Shown: positions 1 to 10,156, counted from the stretch's first letter. The stretch: DNA of 56,832 nucleotides from Minisyncoccota bacterium (GCA_020629675.1 JAHDCW010000002.1:1-56832); one strand, 5' to 3'. Notes: generated from the letters alone by a model not told the origin. Translations and numbers: made by a program.

Positions 1-1002
1 TTACTTCAATGATTGTTGCCATTTCCACGCGCTTTCTAGAGACTCAGACAGGCTGTGTTGAGGTGACCAGTGAAGTTCTGAAGTGATCTTATCTGTCGAT
101 GCCCATGATGAGGCCACATCACCACTGCGACGCGGGCCGATTGTGTGGGGCACACTTACACCAGTCATTTCCTTAAATCCAGTGATTACCTCTTTTACGC
201 TCGTGCCGCGTCCCGTGCCGACATTAAAAATACTGTAATGTGCTGCGCTTTTCGTGCAGTGCTCGAGTGCTTTGATGTGCGCGTCAGCGAGATCGCATAC
301 GTGGATGTAATCGCGGACGCCCGTACCATCTGGTGTATCATAATCATCGCCGTGAATCGTCAATGGTGGTCGTAATGTGGCAGCTGCTTGTGTGAGGTAG
401 GGAATGAGGTTTGCAGGTGGACCGAGGGGGAGTTCTCCAATACATCCTGAAGCGTGTGCACCAATAGGGTTAAAGTAGCGCAAAACACTAAATGCGCATG
501 ATGACTGCTTACTTACGTCTTCGATGATCATCTCGCCCATAAGTTTGGTATTACCATAGGGGTTGGTTGGTACGCCACGCGACATCTTCTCTGTGAGGGG
601 CGGTGCTTGATCGCCATAAACCGTCGCAGAGGACGAAAACACAAAAGATTTCACCTTCGTGGTCTGGAGAAGGCTAAGTAGGGAGATAAGGTTGCTGATG
701 TTGTTTTGATAGTAGGTAAGTGGCTTCTCAATAGACTCACCGACAGCCTTAAAAGCAGCGAAGTGGATGACGCCTTCTATGTTGGGATGTTCAGCAAAGA
801 TTTGGGACAATACATCAGTATCACCAACTGATCCTTTGTAGAAAAGAGGCTCAGAGCCTGTGATGCGGGCTATCCCTTGGAGAGCACTGAGTTGTGAATT
901 AGAGAGATTATCGACGATGATCGGTGTGTGGCCGTTTTCAGTGAGGGCGACAGTTGTGTGAGAGCCGATATAGCCTGCGCCGCCTGTGACGAGGACTTTC
1001 AT
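1..1002 (-). CDS. galE: UDP-glucose 4-epimerase (SDR family)
   Basis: 333-aa ORF with an N-terminal Rossmann motif VTGGAGYIGSH and a catalytic YxxxK (PYGNTK). It is colinear with GalE over its full length. The stop codon occupies bases 1-3, so the CDS is just complete. Confidence 0.9.
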   Translation of the reverse strand: MKVLVTGGAGYIGSHTTVALTENGHTPIIVDNLSNSQLSALQGIARITGSEPLFYKGSVGDTDVLSQIFAEHPNIEGVIHFAAFKAVGESIEKPLTYYQNNISNLISLLSLLQTTKVKSFVFSSSATVYGDQAPPLTEKMSRGVPTNPYGNTKLMGEMIIEDVSKQSSCAFSVLRYFNPIGAHASGCIGELPLGPPANLIPYLTQAAATLRPPLTIHGDDYDTPDGTGVRDYIHVCDLADAHIKALEHCTKSAAHYSIFNVGTGRGTSVKEVITGFKEMTGVSVPHTIGPRRSGDVASSWASTDKITSELHWSPQHSLSESLESAWKWQQSLK

Positions 1003-1004
1003 AA

Positions 1005-2003
1005 TTATTTTTTTCGGTTGTTACGTTTGGTGCGCCAGCGTAGTGTCGTTAGGTAAGTCTTTTTGATGATGGTGTAGCACACCCCAATCGCGATCACGGT
1101 CGCGAGGATAATCGGAAGACTGGAGATGGACAGTGCGATGAGTTGGTCTATGATTGTCTGAGAGCGTTGGATGAGAGTATTAAAAGAGTCAATTGCGACA
1201 CCTGTCGGATCCCAGTGCGTTTCCTTGATTTCACGAGATGCCTCTGTGATAAAGATGGTGATCGTAGAGTATTCCGTTTTGTCTTTGAGATTGCTGAGGC
1301 GGGTTTCGATGATTTCGATTTCTGCTCTGATGTCACTGAGATACTCTTGAACCTGGATAATCTCCTCTACCGAGGTTGCAAGGGGGAGGACCGTTGCGAG
1401 GATTTGCTCTTCCTGTGCCTTAAGACTCTTAAGGCGAGCTTCTTGATCGACAAACACTTCTGAAACGTCTTCTGTGCTAATTGTTTCATGATGGACTTGA
1501 ATTGCCTCACCGCGGATATGTGCCATGGCGCGCTCAAAATTCTTTACCGGTACACGGATAGAGATAATACCGCTCGTGTTAAAGTTCTGATCTTGGGAAA
1601 TGTCACTATGGACGATTGATGCATCAAAGTCCGCAATCATCAGCTCTATGTCACGTGCGAGGACGTCAATCTCAACCACATCGATATGCATTGTCGCTGT
1701 TTTGATGACATGACGGCCTTCTTGCGTCTCATCTTGACTAATATTGTCGATGACGAGATTGTTTGGTGCTTGGAGAGCGCGTGATTCTGCGGCTGAGCTT
1801 TTGGTGTTGGTATCTGGCTCAATCAGCGGTGCTATTAAGTTATCACCGAGGAATGGCTTGCTTTCTTCGAGGGTGATGGTGTCTGGTGCCGGCTCAGTTG
1901 TGCCAATCATCGCAAGTGCGACGGCGATAAAACTCAGAAAGGCCAAGAGAGGGAAGATGCTTTTACGTTCTTTCGGCTTTGTTTTTTCTTTAGATTCTGA
2001 CAT
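1005..2003 (-). CDS. DUF4349-like membrane-anchored protein
   Basis: N-terminal TM anchor, a central region (RHVIKTATMHIDVVEID...EDVSEVFVDQEARLKSLKAQEEQIL...YSTITIFITE) typical of DUF4349, and a C-terminal TM. The ORF extends to 2039, but the ATG at 2003 (MSESKEK) is the more plausible start. Confidence 0.7.
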   Translation of the reverse strand: MSESKEKTKPKERKSIFPLLAFLSFIAVALAMIGTTEPAPDTITLEESKPFLGDNLIAPLIEPDTNTKSSAAESRALQAPNNLVIDNISQDETQEGRHVIKTATMHIDVVEIDVLARDIELMIADFDASIVHSDISQDQNFNTSGIISIRVPVKNFERAMAHIRGEAIQVHHETISTEDVSEVFVDQEARLKSLKAQEEQILATVLPLATSVEEIIQVQEYLSDIRAEIEIIETRLSNLKDKTEYSTITIFITEASREIKETHWDPTGVAIDSFNTLIQRSQTIIDQLIALSISSLPIILATVIAIGVCYTIIKKTYLTTLRWRTKRNNRKK

Positions 2004-2091
2004 ATATTTTGGTAGCTTAATGATCAAATTATAACACATCGATTGCGATAGGGCTTGATTTACTCTATTATGGAGTTATTAGATTAATGAT

Positions 2092-3033
2092 GTGTTCATG
2101 ACACCAAAAATCAGTATTGTGGTCCCTCTTCTCAATGAGGAGGGAAGTGTCGAGCAGTTGCACCGCCAGATTGTGGCTGCGTGTGCGCAAATGCCACATT
2201 CGTGGGAGATTATTTTTGTTGATGATGGATCTACTGATCAGACAGCTACAATCGCTGCTTCACTATCGCCACTCACGCTCATCCAATTTCGTAAAAACTT
2301 CGGCCAGACAGCGGCTTTTGATGCTGGTTTTAAGCAAGCGCGCGGGGAAATTGTCGTGACTCTTGATGGGGATCTGCAAAATGATCCGGCGGATATTCCC
2401 TTGCTGCTTGCCAAGATGGAAGAGGGCTACGATGTAGTATCTGGTTGGCGTCATAAACGGAAAGACCCGCTTACTAAAAAGATCTCTTCACGCAGCGCTA
2501 ATCTCCTACGCAAGGTCCTTTTGCGTGATAGCATCCAAGATAGTGGTTGTTCACTCAAGGCATACCGCGCGGAGGCTGTTAAAAGCCTCGATCTTTACGG
2601 AGAGATGCACCGTTTTATCCCCGCTCTTTTGGAGGTGGATGGCTGGCGTGTGGGCGAGGTGAAAGTGTCACATCATCCACGTACATCAGGTGTTACCAAG
2701 TATAATTGGAAGCGAGGCGTAAAATCATTTGTCGACATGGTCTTTATTTGGTTTTGGCGCAAATACGCTTCCCGCCCAGCACACCTGTTTGGTGCAGGTG
2801 GAATCGTCTCCATCGTCTCTGGTGGTGGGATACTCGCGTGGATGCTCGCGATCAAACTTTTTTACGGCGCTTCACTTAGTGATCGGATCTGGCCGCTGAT
2901 TGGTGTTTTTTTGGTGATGCTGGGTGTGCAGTTTTTTATCTTTGGACTCATCGCAGATATCGTGATACGCAATTTCTACAAGTCTCATGGGCGCATGAAT
3001 TACACAATTCGCTCTGTTACAGAGAAGAAGTAG
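2092..3033 (+). CDS. GT2 polyprenyl-phosphate glycosyltransferase (GtrB/ArnC/DPM1-like)
   Basis: Motifs ISIVVPLLNEE, FVDDGSTD and DGDLQND (DxD), plus two C-terminal TM helices, match the GtrB/ArnC architecture. An alternative ATG start is at 2098. Confidence 0.85.
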   Translation: MFMTPKISIVVPLLNEEGSVEQLHRQIVAACAQMPHSWEIIFVDDGSTDQTATIAASLSPLTLIQFRKNFGQTAAFDAGFKQARGEIVVTLDGDLQNDPADIPLLLAKMEEGYDVVSGWRHKRKDPLTKKISSRSANLLRKVLLRDSIQDSGCSLKAYRAEAVKSLDLYGEMHRFIPALLEVDGWRVGEVKVSHHPRTSGVTKYNWKRGVKSFVDMVFIWFWRKYASRPAHLFGAGGIVSIVSGGGILAWMLAIKLFYGASLSDRIWPLIGVFLVMLGVQFFIFGLIADIVIRNFYKSHGRMNYTIRSVTEKK

Positions 3034-3063
3034 CTTATCTGATAGAAGTATAGATACTTATAT

Positions 3064-4221
3064 ATGAGCAAAAAGCGCATCCTCTTTCTTAATTATGAAT
3101 TTCCACCTTTGGGTGGTGGAGCAGCAAATGCGACAGAAAAGATTTTCCGTGAGTTTGCCGCACGTGATGATGTGATTGTTGATTTGATCACGAGTTCCCT
3201 CACTGATCAGGGGGAGGTGGTGACGTTTTCGCCTCAGATTACGATTTACCGGATTCCGATTGGAAAGAATGGTCAAAATCTTAATTTTCAGTCACAAAAA
3301 GAACTTCTTGTATATCTTTGGCGATCACTTATTAAGGCGAGATCACTAACAGATACCTATCAGTACGACCTCACACATAGTTTTTTTACAGTGCCTTCGG
3401 GAATTGTTTCGCTTTATTTACTCTTGGCTAGGAACTTGCCATACATTGTATCGCTGCGCGGGGCAGATGTGCCGGGATATAGTGAGCGTTTTCCTTTAAT
3501 TTATAAGCTCTTCACACCACTTATTCGCGTGATTTGGCAAAGAGCTGCGTATGTCGTCACAAATAGCAGAGGATTAACGGAACTTGCCCAACAGACCGCT
3601 CCTGAGCAAGAATTTAAAGAGATATATAATGGTGTATCAGTAAAAAAGTTTAGCCCTCTAACAGAAGGGAAAAAGCGTCCTTTTACGATTTTATTAGCGG
3701 CACGGCTGACACATCGTAAGGGTTTTATTTATGCGATTGATGCTCTGGAAAAACTACTTGAGCAGCATGATGATATTGAGATGATTGTCGCTGGAGGTGA
3801 TGGTGGCGTAATGCGCAAACTTAAAGGTCACGCCCAAGCGTTGAGTATCCACAAGCGCATTACCTTTACAGGGCGCTACGCACACGAGGAAGCTGCTACT
3901 ATTTACCAGCAGGCTGATGTCTTCGTGATGCCATCTCTCAATGAGGGTATGAGTAACAATGCACTAGAAGCGCTCGCAAGCGGTCTCCCGATTATCATGA
4001 CGCCAACTGGTGGGGCGGTGGAGTTGGTGCAGGAAGGGGTTAATGGCTATTTGGTTGCGAGTCGCTCCGGTGCTGCGATCGCGGAGCGTGTCGAGCAGCT
4101 TTATCGGGATCGTGATTTATTGGAGCGTATGTCTGGTGCGAGTCGGCAGCTCGCAGAATCATTTAGCTGGAAAGTAACGAGTGATCAGTATATAGATTTG
4201 TATAACCAGGTACAGAGATGA
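3064..4221 (+). CDS. GT4 (GT-B fold) glycosyltransferase
   Basis: N-terminal FPPLGGGAANA and a C-terminal E-x7-E region (PSLNEGMSNNALEALASGLPII). Confidence 0.85.
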   Translation: MSKKRILFLNYEFPPLGGGAANATEKIFREFAARDDVIVDLITSSLTDQGEVVTFSPQITIYRIPIGKNGQNLNFQSQKELLVYLWRSLIKARSLTDTYQYDLTHSFFTVPSGIVSLYLLLARNLPYIVSLRGADVPGYSERFPLIYKLFTPLIRVIWQRAAYVVTNSRGLTELAQQTAPEQEFKEIYNGVSVKKFSPLTEGKKRPFTILLAARLTHRKGFIYAIDALEKLLEQHDDIEMIVAGGDGGVMRKLKGHAQALSIHKRITFTGRYAHEEAATIYQQADVFVMPSLNEGMSNNALEALASGLPIIMTPTGGAVELVQEGVNGYLVASRSGAAIAERVEQLYRDRDLLERMSGASRQLAESFSWKVTSDQYIDLYNQVQR

Positions 4222-5165
4222 GGACCAAAAGAGCAAAAAGAGCAGCACAAGTCATACTTGTCGTCATCTTGGTAGGGTTTTTGTTGGTGCAGGTGTCATG
4301 GTCAGATGTGCTGGAGTATATCATCCAAGCGAATAAGTATCTTTTGGCTGTTTATGTGGTGCTGTATACGCTAGGCGTCGTACTTTCGTCTTTTAAGTGG
4401 CGCTGGGTTGCGGGTCATGTACATCATGATTCCTTGTCACTGTGGTTTTATGTGCGTGTCTATGTAATAGGTACATTTATAAATAATTTTTTACCCTCTT
4501 TTGTAGGTGGAGATGCCTATCGTATCGTGCGGCATGCCCAAGAATCTGGTGGGTCAGATAGGATATCTCAGTCGGCGCAGATCGTCCTCGCGGACCGGTT
4601 AACAGGACTGTTTGCTCTTGTTTTGTTGGCGAGCGTGTCGGTGGTATTTTATGTAGTGACGCAGGGTATGCCAGATGGACTACTTTTTATTGTTTTTGGA
4701 TCAGTCTTTGTGGTTGGGGTAGGTTCAGTGGCTATTTTTGGTCTATTACAGTTGGATGTGTGTGCACGTTTTTTGGCTGGCTTTCCTGGTAAAGCAGGCT
4801 TATTCGTGGCTGAGCTGGTCCAGTTCCGTCAGATTTCATTTGTTTTGAGAGCGACGTCTTTGGGGGTTTTGTTTGCAGGCATTGGTGTGGCGCTTGCAAA
4901 TTATATGCTGTTTCAGGCGATTGGGGTAGATATCGCAGCGACATCTTATATTAGCGTGATTTTTGTCATTAGTGTTTTATCGTCATTACCTCTGAGTGTG
5001 GGAAACATAGGTGTCAAAGAATGGGTTTATATTCTACTTTTTGGATTATTTGCTATAGATCCAGCTGTGTGTGTGAGTGTCGTTTTGCTATCGCGGTTTT
5101 TGCAGATGATTGTAAGTCTCTTAGCAGCTCCACTTTACCTAATGGATAAAAAATACAATGCATAA
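4218..5165 (+). CDS. Flippase-like polytopic membrane protein (LPG-synthase TM / UPF0104-like)
   Basis: About 8 TM helices and the motif NNFLPSFVGGDAYRI typical of the lysylphosphatidylglycerol-synthase TM-region family. ATGA overlap with the upstream GT4 gene. Confidence 0.65.
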   Translation: MRTKRAKRAAQVILVVILVGFLLVQVSWSDVLEYIIQANKYLLAVYVVLYTLGVVLSSFKWRWVAGHVHHDSLSLWFYVRVYVIGTFINNFLPSFVGGDAYRIVRHAQESGGSDRISQSAQIVLADRLTGLFALVLLASVSVVFYVVTQGMPDGLLFIVFGSVFVVGVGSVAIFGLLQLDVCARFLAGFPGKAGLFVAELVQFRQISFVLRATSLGVLFAGIGVALANYMLFQAIGVDIAATSYISVIFVISVLSSLPLSVGNIGVKEWVYILLFGLFAIDPAVCVSVVLLSRFLQMIVSLLAAPLYLMDKKYNA

Positions 5166-6171
5166 ATTTGAGCACAATATTGAGAATGAGAGAGATCTTG
5201 AAATAGAGCGAATTGCTTGTGATGATTTTTCTGTTGATGGTTTTATTGCGGAACAGAAAGAGGGGGTTGCGCGTGATTTAGTAAGGTATGAGGAATACTA
5301 TAAACAATTTGAATCACATGAGATGCGTGAAAGATGGTCTAAGGTGCGAAGAATTTTAGTCGGTGAAAAAGAAAATCTTCCCGAAAAAAAAGAGATTATT
5401 TCTCGTATGGGTGAAAGCTGTTATTTAGATCGATTTTTTTATAGTCATGAAGGCGAAAAGGTTGAAGTATTTCATGCTCATCCAAAAAAGGATTCTAATA
5501 ACCGTTTGGCAGTCTACCTTACAGGTGGCGCTGCAGGTAATTGCGAGATGGATGATTACAATCTTTTCACGCATAAAACAACGCGTGATTTGCTGGAAAG
5601 AGGATATGGTATTATATCGCCACAATACCCAGGTTCTGGCAAGAGTGAGGGTGTTGATCAGACAGGCGGGTCTGATGTTGCTGTAATCTCAACATTATTT
5701 ACTGCAATCAAAAACGATAGGTCTTTTCAGTCATATGAAAACGCAGGAAAGCCAGTATTTATCGGTGAAAGCCGTGGTGGCATGATGCTGTATCAAGTTA
5801 TGAGGGATTATCCAGAAGTTGTAGGTCAAGGCATTGTGGTAGGAGGACCGGTTGATATGCGGGATGTTTTTGATAAGAGATCAGGTTTTCGAGAGACCTG
5901 CGAAAAGTCTTTTGCGTTAACAGACGAAAATATTCGTCGCAGATCTGCTAATGAATGGTTTGAATCTGTCTCTCGAGATATCCCACTCTACGTACTCCAT
6001 GGAGAACGTGATAAAAATGTGCCGATTCAACAGTTGTATAAATTTAAGCAGAAGATTTCTGCCACGCACCCAAAAGCAACTTTCGTCTTTGATGGTGATA
6101 TGGGTCATATGCCATTAGACCGAGATGACTTGCGAGATCGCTATGTTGATTGGATCGATCGTAATTATTGA
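5158..6171 (+). CDS. Alpha/beta hydrolase (S9 peptidase / dienelactone-hydrolase-like)
   Basis: Nucleophile elbow GESRGG, an acid region LHGERDKNVP, and a C-terminal DMGH histidine. It overlaps the upstream gene by 8 nt. Confidence 0.65.
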   Translation: MHKFEHNIENERDLEIERIACDDFSVDGFIAEQKEGVARDLVRYEEYYKQFESHEMRERWSKVRRILVGEKENLPEKKEIISRMGESCYLDRFFYSHEGEKVEVFHAHPKKDSNNRLAVYLTGGAAGNCEMDDYNLFTHKTTRDLLERGYGIISPQYPGSGKSEGVDQTGGSDVAVISTLFTAIKNDRSFQSYENAGKPVFIGESRGGMMLYQVMRDYPEVVGQGIVVGGPVDMRDVFDKRSGFRETCEKSFALTDENIRRRSANEWFESVSRDIPLYVLHGERDKNVPIQQLYKFKQKISATHPKATFVFDGDMGHMPLDRDDLRDRYVDWIDRNY

Positions 6172-6197
6172 TAATTTGGTAGAGAGCTTTTTTACTG

Positions 6198-6206
6198 TGT
6201 TATAAT
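6198..6206 (+). promoter_or_regulatory. Extended -10 promoter element (TGtTATAAT) upstream of serS
   Basis: TGT+TATAAT at 6198-6206. An AAGGA Shine-Dalgarno lies 6 nt before the serS ATG. No clear -35 element. Confidence 0.4.
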
Positions 6207-6235
6207 ACAACCAATTCAATCTCTAAGGACAGTTT

Positions 6236-7558
6236 ATGCTGGATATTAAATACATACGTGAAAATACGGAAGCGATCAAGGAGGCGGCAAAGAATAAAAA
6301 TATAGACGTTGATATTGATGCGCTGGTTGCGCTAGATAAGGAGCGACGTGAGCTCATCCAGGAGGTAGAGTCGCTCAAATCGATCAAAAATGATCTCAAC
6401 GACATGATCAAGTCTGCCAGTGATGAAGAGCGTGCTGCAATTATTGAAAAGGGAAAAGATGTGAAGCTTAAGCTTGAAACAAAAGAGCCGCTATTGAAGG
6501 ACGTGATAGAACGATTTGATGCGCTCATGGTGCGTGTCCCGACAGTGCCAGCGGCTGATGTGCCAGTGGGCGCAAGCGAGGAGGAAAATGTTGTTGTCTA
6601 CGAAAAAGGTGACAGAAAAGAATTTTCATTTACACCGCGCTCACATGTAGAGCTTGCTGAGATGCTGGATATTATTGATTTTAAAAAAGGAGCAGATATC
6701 TCTGGTTATCGAGGGTATTACCTTAAAGGCGCTGGTGCAGAGCTGCAGATGGCGTTAATGCAGATGGCTCTGGCTAAGATGGCTACAAAAGGTTTTGAGT
6801 TTATGATCCCGCCGACGCTTGTGAAGGGTAGGGCGCTCTTTGGCACGGGGTATTTCTCTGGTCAGGAATATGATGAGAGCGTTGATGAGATTTATCAGGT
6901 TGCATCTTCCGATAAAGAGGTGTCAGGAGAAAAATCAAAAGAAAAGAAATTTTTAGTGGGAACAGCTGAGCCATCTCTTTTGGCGTATTACAGTGACCGT
7001 ATTCTGGATCATACAGAACTACCGCAAAAGGTGTGTGGGTTTTCACAGTGTTATCGTAGTGAGATAGGGAGTCATGGTAAGGATACGACGGGATTGTATC
7101 GCGTGCACGAGTTTATGAAGGTGGAGCAAGTGGTGATTGCTGCGGCAGATCTCGATGCATCTGAGAAGCTGCAGGAAGAAATGGTGAGTATTTCTGAGGA
7201 GATTTTGGTAGATCTCGGTCTGCCGTACCGAAAGCTCGCGATTTGCACGGGGGATATGAGCGCTGGAAAATACCGCATGTTTGACCTCGAGGTGTGGATG
7301 CCAGGACTTGAGCGTTGGGGTGAGTTGGGTAGTGCGTCAAATTTTATGGATTGGCAGTCACGACGCCTTAAGGCGCGTTACCGCGATGAAGATGGTGAGG
7401 TAAAGCCGGTCTACATGCTCAATAATACTGTATTGCCATCACCGCGTGCAATCATCTCAATTATTGAGAATTATCAAAACGAAGACGGAAGTATTACCAT
7501 ACCGACTGCGCTGCAGCCATTTATGGTAGCGGGGACCACTGTGATTACACCGCGATAA
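6236..7558 (+). CDS. serS: Seryl-tRNA synthetase
   Basis: N-terminal coiled-coil arm (MLDIKYIRENTEAIKEAAKNK...) and class II motifs (CYRSEIGSHGKDTTGLYRVHEF; NNTVLPSPRAIISIIENYQ). Confidence 0.95.
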   Translation: MLDIKYIRENTEAIKEAAKNKNIDVDIDALVALDKERRELIQEVESLKSIKNDLNDMIKSASDEERAAIIEKGKDVKLKLETKEPLLKDVIERFDALMVRVPTVPAADVPVGASEEENVVVYEKGDRKEFSFTPRSHVELAEMLDIIDFKKGADISGYRGYYLKGAGAELQMALMQMALAKMATKGFEFMIPPTLVKGRALFGTGYFSGQEYDESVDEIYQVASSDKEVSGEKSKEKKFLVGTAEPSLLAYYSDRILDHTELPQKVCGFSQCYRSEIGSHGKDTTGLYRVHEFMKVEQVVIAAADLDASEKLQEEMVSISEEILVDLGLPYRKLAICTGDMSAGKYRMFDLEVWMPGLERWGELGSASNFMDWQSRRLKARYRDEDGEVKPVYMLNNTVLPSPRAIISIIENYQNEDGSITIPTALQPFMVAGTTVITPR

Positions 7559-7590
7559 AATCTGTCGACATTAATGTGTAATTAAAAAAA

Positions 7591-7995
7591 GTGCTGAAAT
7601 ATATCCTTATACCACTACTGGGCATTGGAGCATTTGTGGGTCTTTTTTATGTGATTGCAAATGGGCAGCAGTACGAGCAGCAGGTGCATAACGTTCACTT
7701 TGACCAATTTTATGAAGCTTTTGATATAGGAGAGGTGCAGGACAATAGTGAGGTATTTGGGTGTAAGCGTGATGTGATTATCAATATCAACGCAGAGCTT
7801 AAAACAGCCCTCGTTTTCTTTGATCCGCATAACTTTGCGACTGTTGAGTTTGAAGAAATTATACCCGTACCAGAGGGGCGTCAGTATCGGAGTTCTCGTG
7901 ATACCTTTACGATTGTGGAGGATGGGGAGAGTACGCTCATTGTAGAAGGTCGTCGCATCGCTGATGGGTGCGTGCGTCGTGGCGAAAGTTTCTAA
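7591..7995 (+). CDS. Hypothetical membrane-anchored or secreted protein
   Basis: GTG start, one N-terminal hydrophobic helix, and a 110-aa domain with 2 Cys. No family recognised. Confidence 0.45.
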   Translation: MLKYILIPLLGIGAFVGLFYVIANGQQYEQQVHNVHFDQFYEAFDIGEVQDNSEVFGCKRDVIININAELKTALVFFDPHNFATVEFEEIIPVPEGRQYRSSRDTFTIVEDGESTLIVEGRRIADGCVRRGESF

Positions 7996-8097
7996 TTTTT
8001 TGTTTTAGAGGAGATCTTCGTCCAATGTGAATGTTAGCTCTTTTTTTGTTGGCTGCTCTTGTGGTACAGTTGAAATAATAATTAACAATTTACTACT

Positions 8098-8331
8098 ATG
8101 TATATACTTTATTACAAGCCAACCTGTCCATACTGCATTCGCGTTGTTGACTTTGCCGAGGAGCAAGGAATTAAGCTAGAGCTCAAAGATATTAACGAGC
8201 CAGCGCTGCGAGAAGAGCTGATTGAAAAAGGCGGTAAGGCGCAAGTGCCATATCTTGTCGATCATGAGGCGGGTAAAGAAATGTATGAGTCAGCAGATAT
8301 TATAGGATATCTGACACTTAGTGGTGCGTAA
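8098..8331 (+). CDS. Glutaredoxin-like protein
   Basis: 77 aa with a CPYC active site after beta-1 (YYKPTCPYCIRV) and a downstream QVPYLV motif. Confidence 0.8.
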   Translation: MYILYYKPTCPYCIRVVDFAEEQGIKLELKDINEPALREELIEKGGKAQVPYLVDHEAGKEMYESADIIGYLTLSGA

Positions 8332-8339
8332 AATAATAT

Positions 8340-9038
8340 ATGCCGACATATCAAGAGGGTTTTTACGTGGTGGATAAGCCGCTGGGTATTTCATCGCAGC
8401 GTGCAGTTCAATTTGTGAAATACTGGGCGCGCCATCACTCTGGAGATAAAAAGATAAAGGTGGGACATGCAGGCACACTTGATCCGCTGGCTTCTGGGGT
8501 TTTAGTGGTGGCAGTAGGACGATCTTTTACGCGAGAGATTGATGATATAGTAAGTGCTGAAAAGGAATATATTGCAGATCTCACATTTGGTGCGTACAGC
8601 GTTACCGATGATGCTGAAGGAGAAAAGGAGGTGGTGACAGATCATCCAAATGTTCGCAGGGCTGATGTGGAGAATGTGTGCGGGACATTTGAGGGGGTAA
8701 TCACGCAAGTGCCGCCAGTGTATAGTGCGATCAAGGTTAATGGACAGGAAGCATATAAGCGAACACGTAAAGGTCAAGTTATAGAAATGCAGCCGCGAGA
8801 AGTTGTAGTCCATGAGATTGAGGTGCTCGCTCATACAGCAGATAGTGCGCAGATTAGGGTGTGCTGCGGGAAGGGTGTTTATATACGTTCGCTTGCGCGC
8901 GATATCGGTGCTGCTCTTGGTGTGGGGTGTTACCTCAGTGGATTGCGGCGCACACGCGTAGGTGATTATGATCTGTCGCAGGCTTACTCTGTTGATGATT
9001 TTGCTTTTACCCGTACGACACAAGAAGAAAAAATATGA
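8340..9038 (+). CDS. truB: tRNA pseudouridine(55) synthase, short form
   Basis: Catalytic motif GHAGTLDPLASGVLVVAVG and YSAIKVNGQEAYK. At 232 aa there is no room for a C-terminal PUA domain. Confidence 0.9.
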   Translation: MPTYQEGFYVVDKPLGISSQRAVQFVKYWARHHSGDKKIKVGHAGTLDPLASGVLVVAVGRSFTREIDDIVSAEKEYIADLTFGAYSVTDDAEGEKEVVTDHPNVRRADVENVCGTFEGVITQVPPVYSAIKVNGQEAYKRTRKGQVIEMQPREVVVHEIEVLAHTADSAQIRVCCGKGVYIRSLARDIGAALGVGCYLSGLRRTRVGDYDLSQAYSVDDFAFTRTTQEEKI

Positions 9039-10156
9039 ACATAGCTATTCATGCTAGAGAGTTGGAATATGAGCGTTTTGACGGGACGCGTAATTATATT
9101 AGTGCCTTATTGAAAAAGTTTGCAGACCTTCGCTCTCCTGATGATCTGATTACGCTCTATCACGCCCATGACTTTAATTCTTCTTTTTGTGTTCCTGAGC
9201 AGCTAGCGCAGTTTGCGCAGGTGGTGCCACACCGGCCGATGTGGACACAGACACAATTTGCACGCGCCCTGTGGCGAGATAAACCTGATGTTCTCTGGAT
9301 GCCTTTTCACAACCTTCCTCTTATACGTCGCCCTTCACTTCGGACGGTCGTTACAATCCATGATCTTGCATTCAAATACTTCCCAGAGACATTTTTGCCA
9401 GCGGATGTGCGGATGCTCAATCTTTGTACTGATTATGCTGTAAAAGCAAGTGACACAATTATAGCTGTCTCTGAATCGACAAAAAAAGATATTATTGACG
9501 TTTATGGTTCCCGCTACGGTGATAAGATAAAAGTGGTTTATCATGGATTTGATCAAAGTCAGTGGTATCGTCGTCAGGATGGGCACGCACTCTCAGTAGT
9601 GAGGGCTCGCTATAAGGTCAGAGCTCCGTACATCATGTATATGGGTGCGATTCAGCCGCGTAAAAACTTAGAGTCTCTGATTGAGGCATTTGAAATACTA
9701 AGAGTTCATGAGCCACAGTTACAGCTGGTGCTCGCTGGCGGAGATGCGTGGCACAGTGAGCAGATCCATCAAAGAGCGGAAGTGTCGTCGTGTGCAGAAG
9801 ATATTATTTTTACGGGCCGCATCGAAACAGCTGATGCAGCGCTACTGATGGAAGGTGCGTCTGTGTTTGTGTATCCATCACTGTATGAGGGTTTTGGCAT
9901 TCCGATTTTGGAAGCTTTTGCGATGGGTGTGCCGGTTGTCACAATGCGCAATTCGTCGCTGCCTGAGGTTGCGGGGGAAGCAGCTTATTATGTGGAGGGT
10001 ATGGGGGCTACCGTGCTCGCAGAAGGCGTTTTGCGCGTTCTCTCGGATGATGTGCTTTCAGCTAATTTGGTAAAAAAGGGGTGTGTGCAGGTAGATCAAT
10101 TTTCATGGAATCAGTCTGCTGCAGCCACATATGATATCCTAACGTCTGATGCTTAG
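9035..10156 (+). CDS. GT4 (GT-B fold) glycosyltransferase
   Basis: E-x7-E region YPSLYEGFGIPILEAFAMGVPVV. ATGA overlap with truB. Confidence 0.85.
   Translation: MNIAIHARELEYERFDGTRNYISALLKKFADLRSPDDLITLYHAHDFNSSFCVPEQLAQFAQVVPHRPMWTQTQFARALWRDKPDVLWMPFHNLPLIRRPSLRTVVTIHDLAFKYFPETFLPADVRMLNLCTDYAVKASDTIIAVSESTKKDIIDVYGSRYGDKIKVVYHGFDQSQWYRRQDGHALSVVRARYKVRAPYIMYMGAIQPRKNLESLIEAFEILRVHEPQLQLVLAGGDAWHSEQIHQRAEVSSCAEDIIFTGRIETADAALLMEGASVFVYPSLYEGFGIPILEAFAMGVPVVTMRNSSLPEVAGEAAYYVEGMGATVLAEGVLRVLSDDVLSANLVKKGCVQVDQFSWNQSAAATYDILTSDA

Noticed and set aside
8502-9023. 173-aa minus-strand ORF.
   Set aside because: It is antisense to truB, and its composition (Cys/His/Ile rich) is not protein-like.
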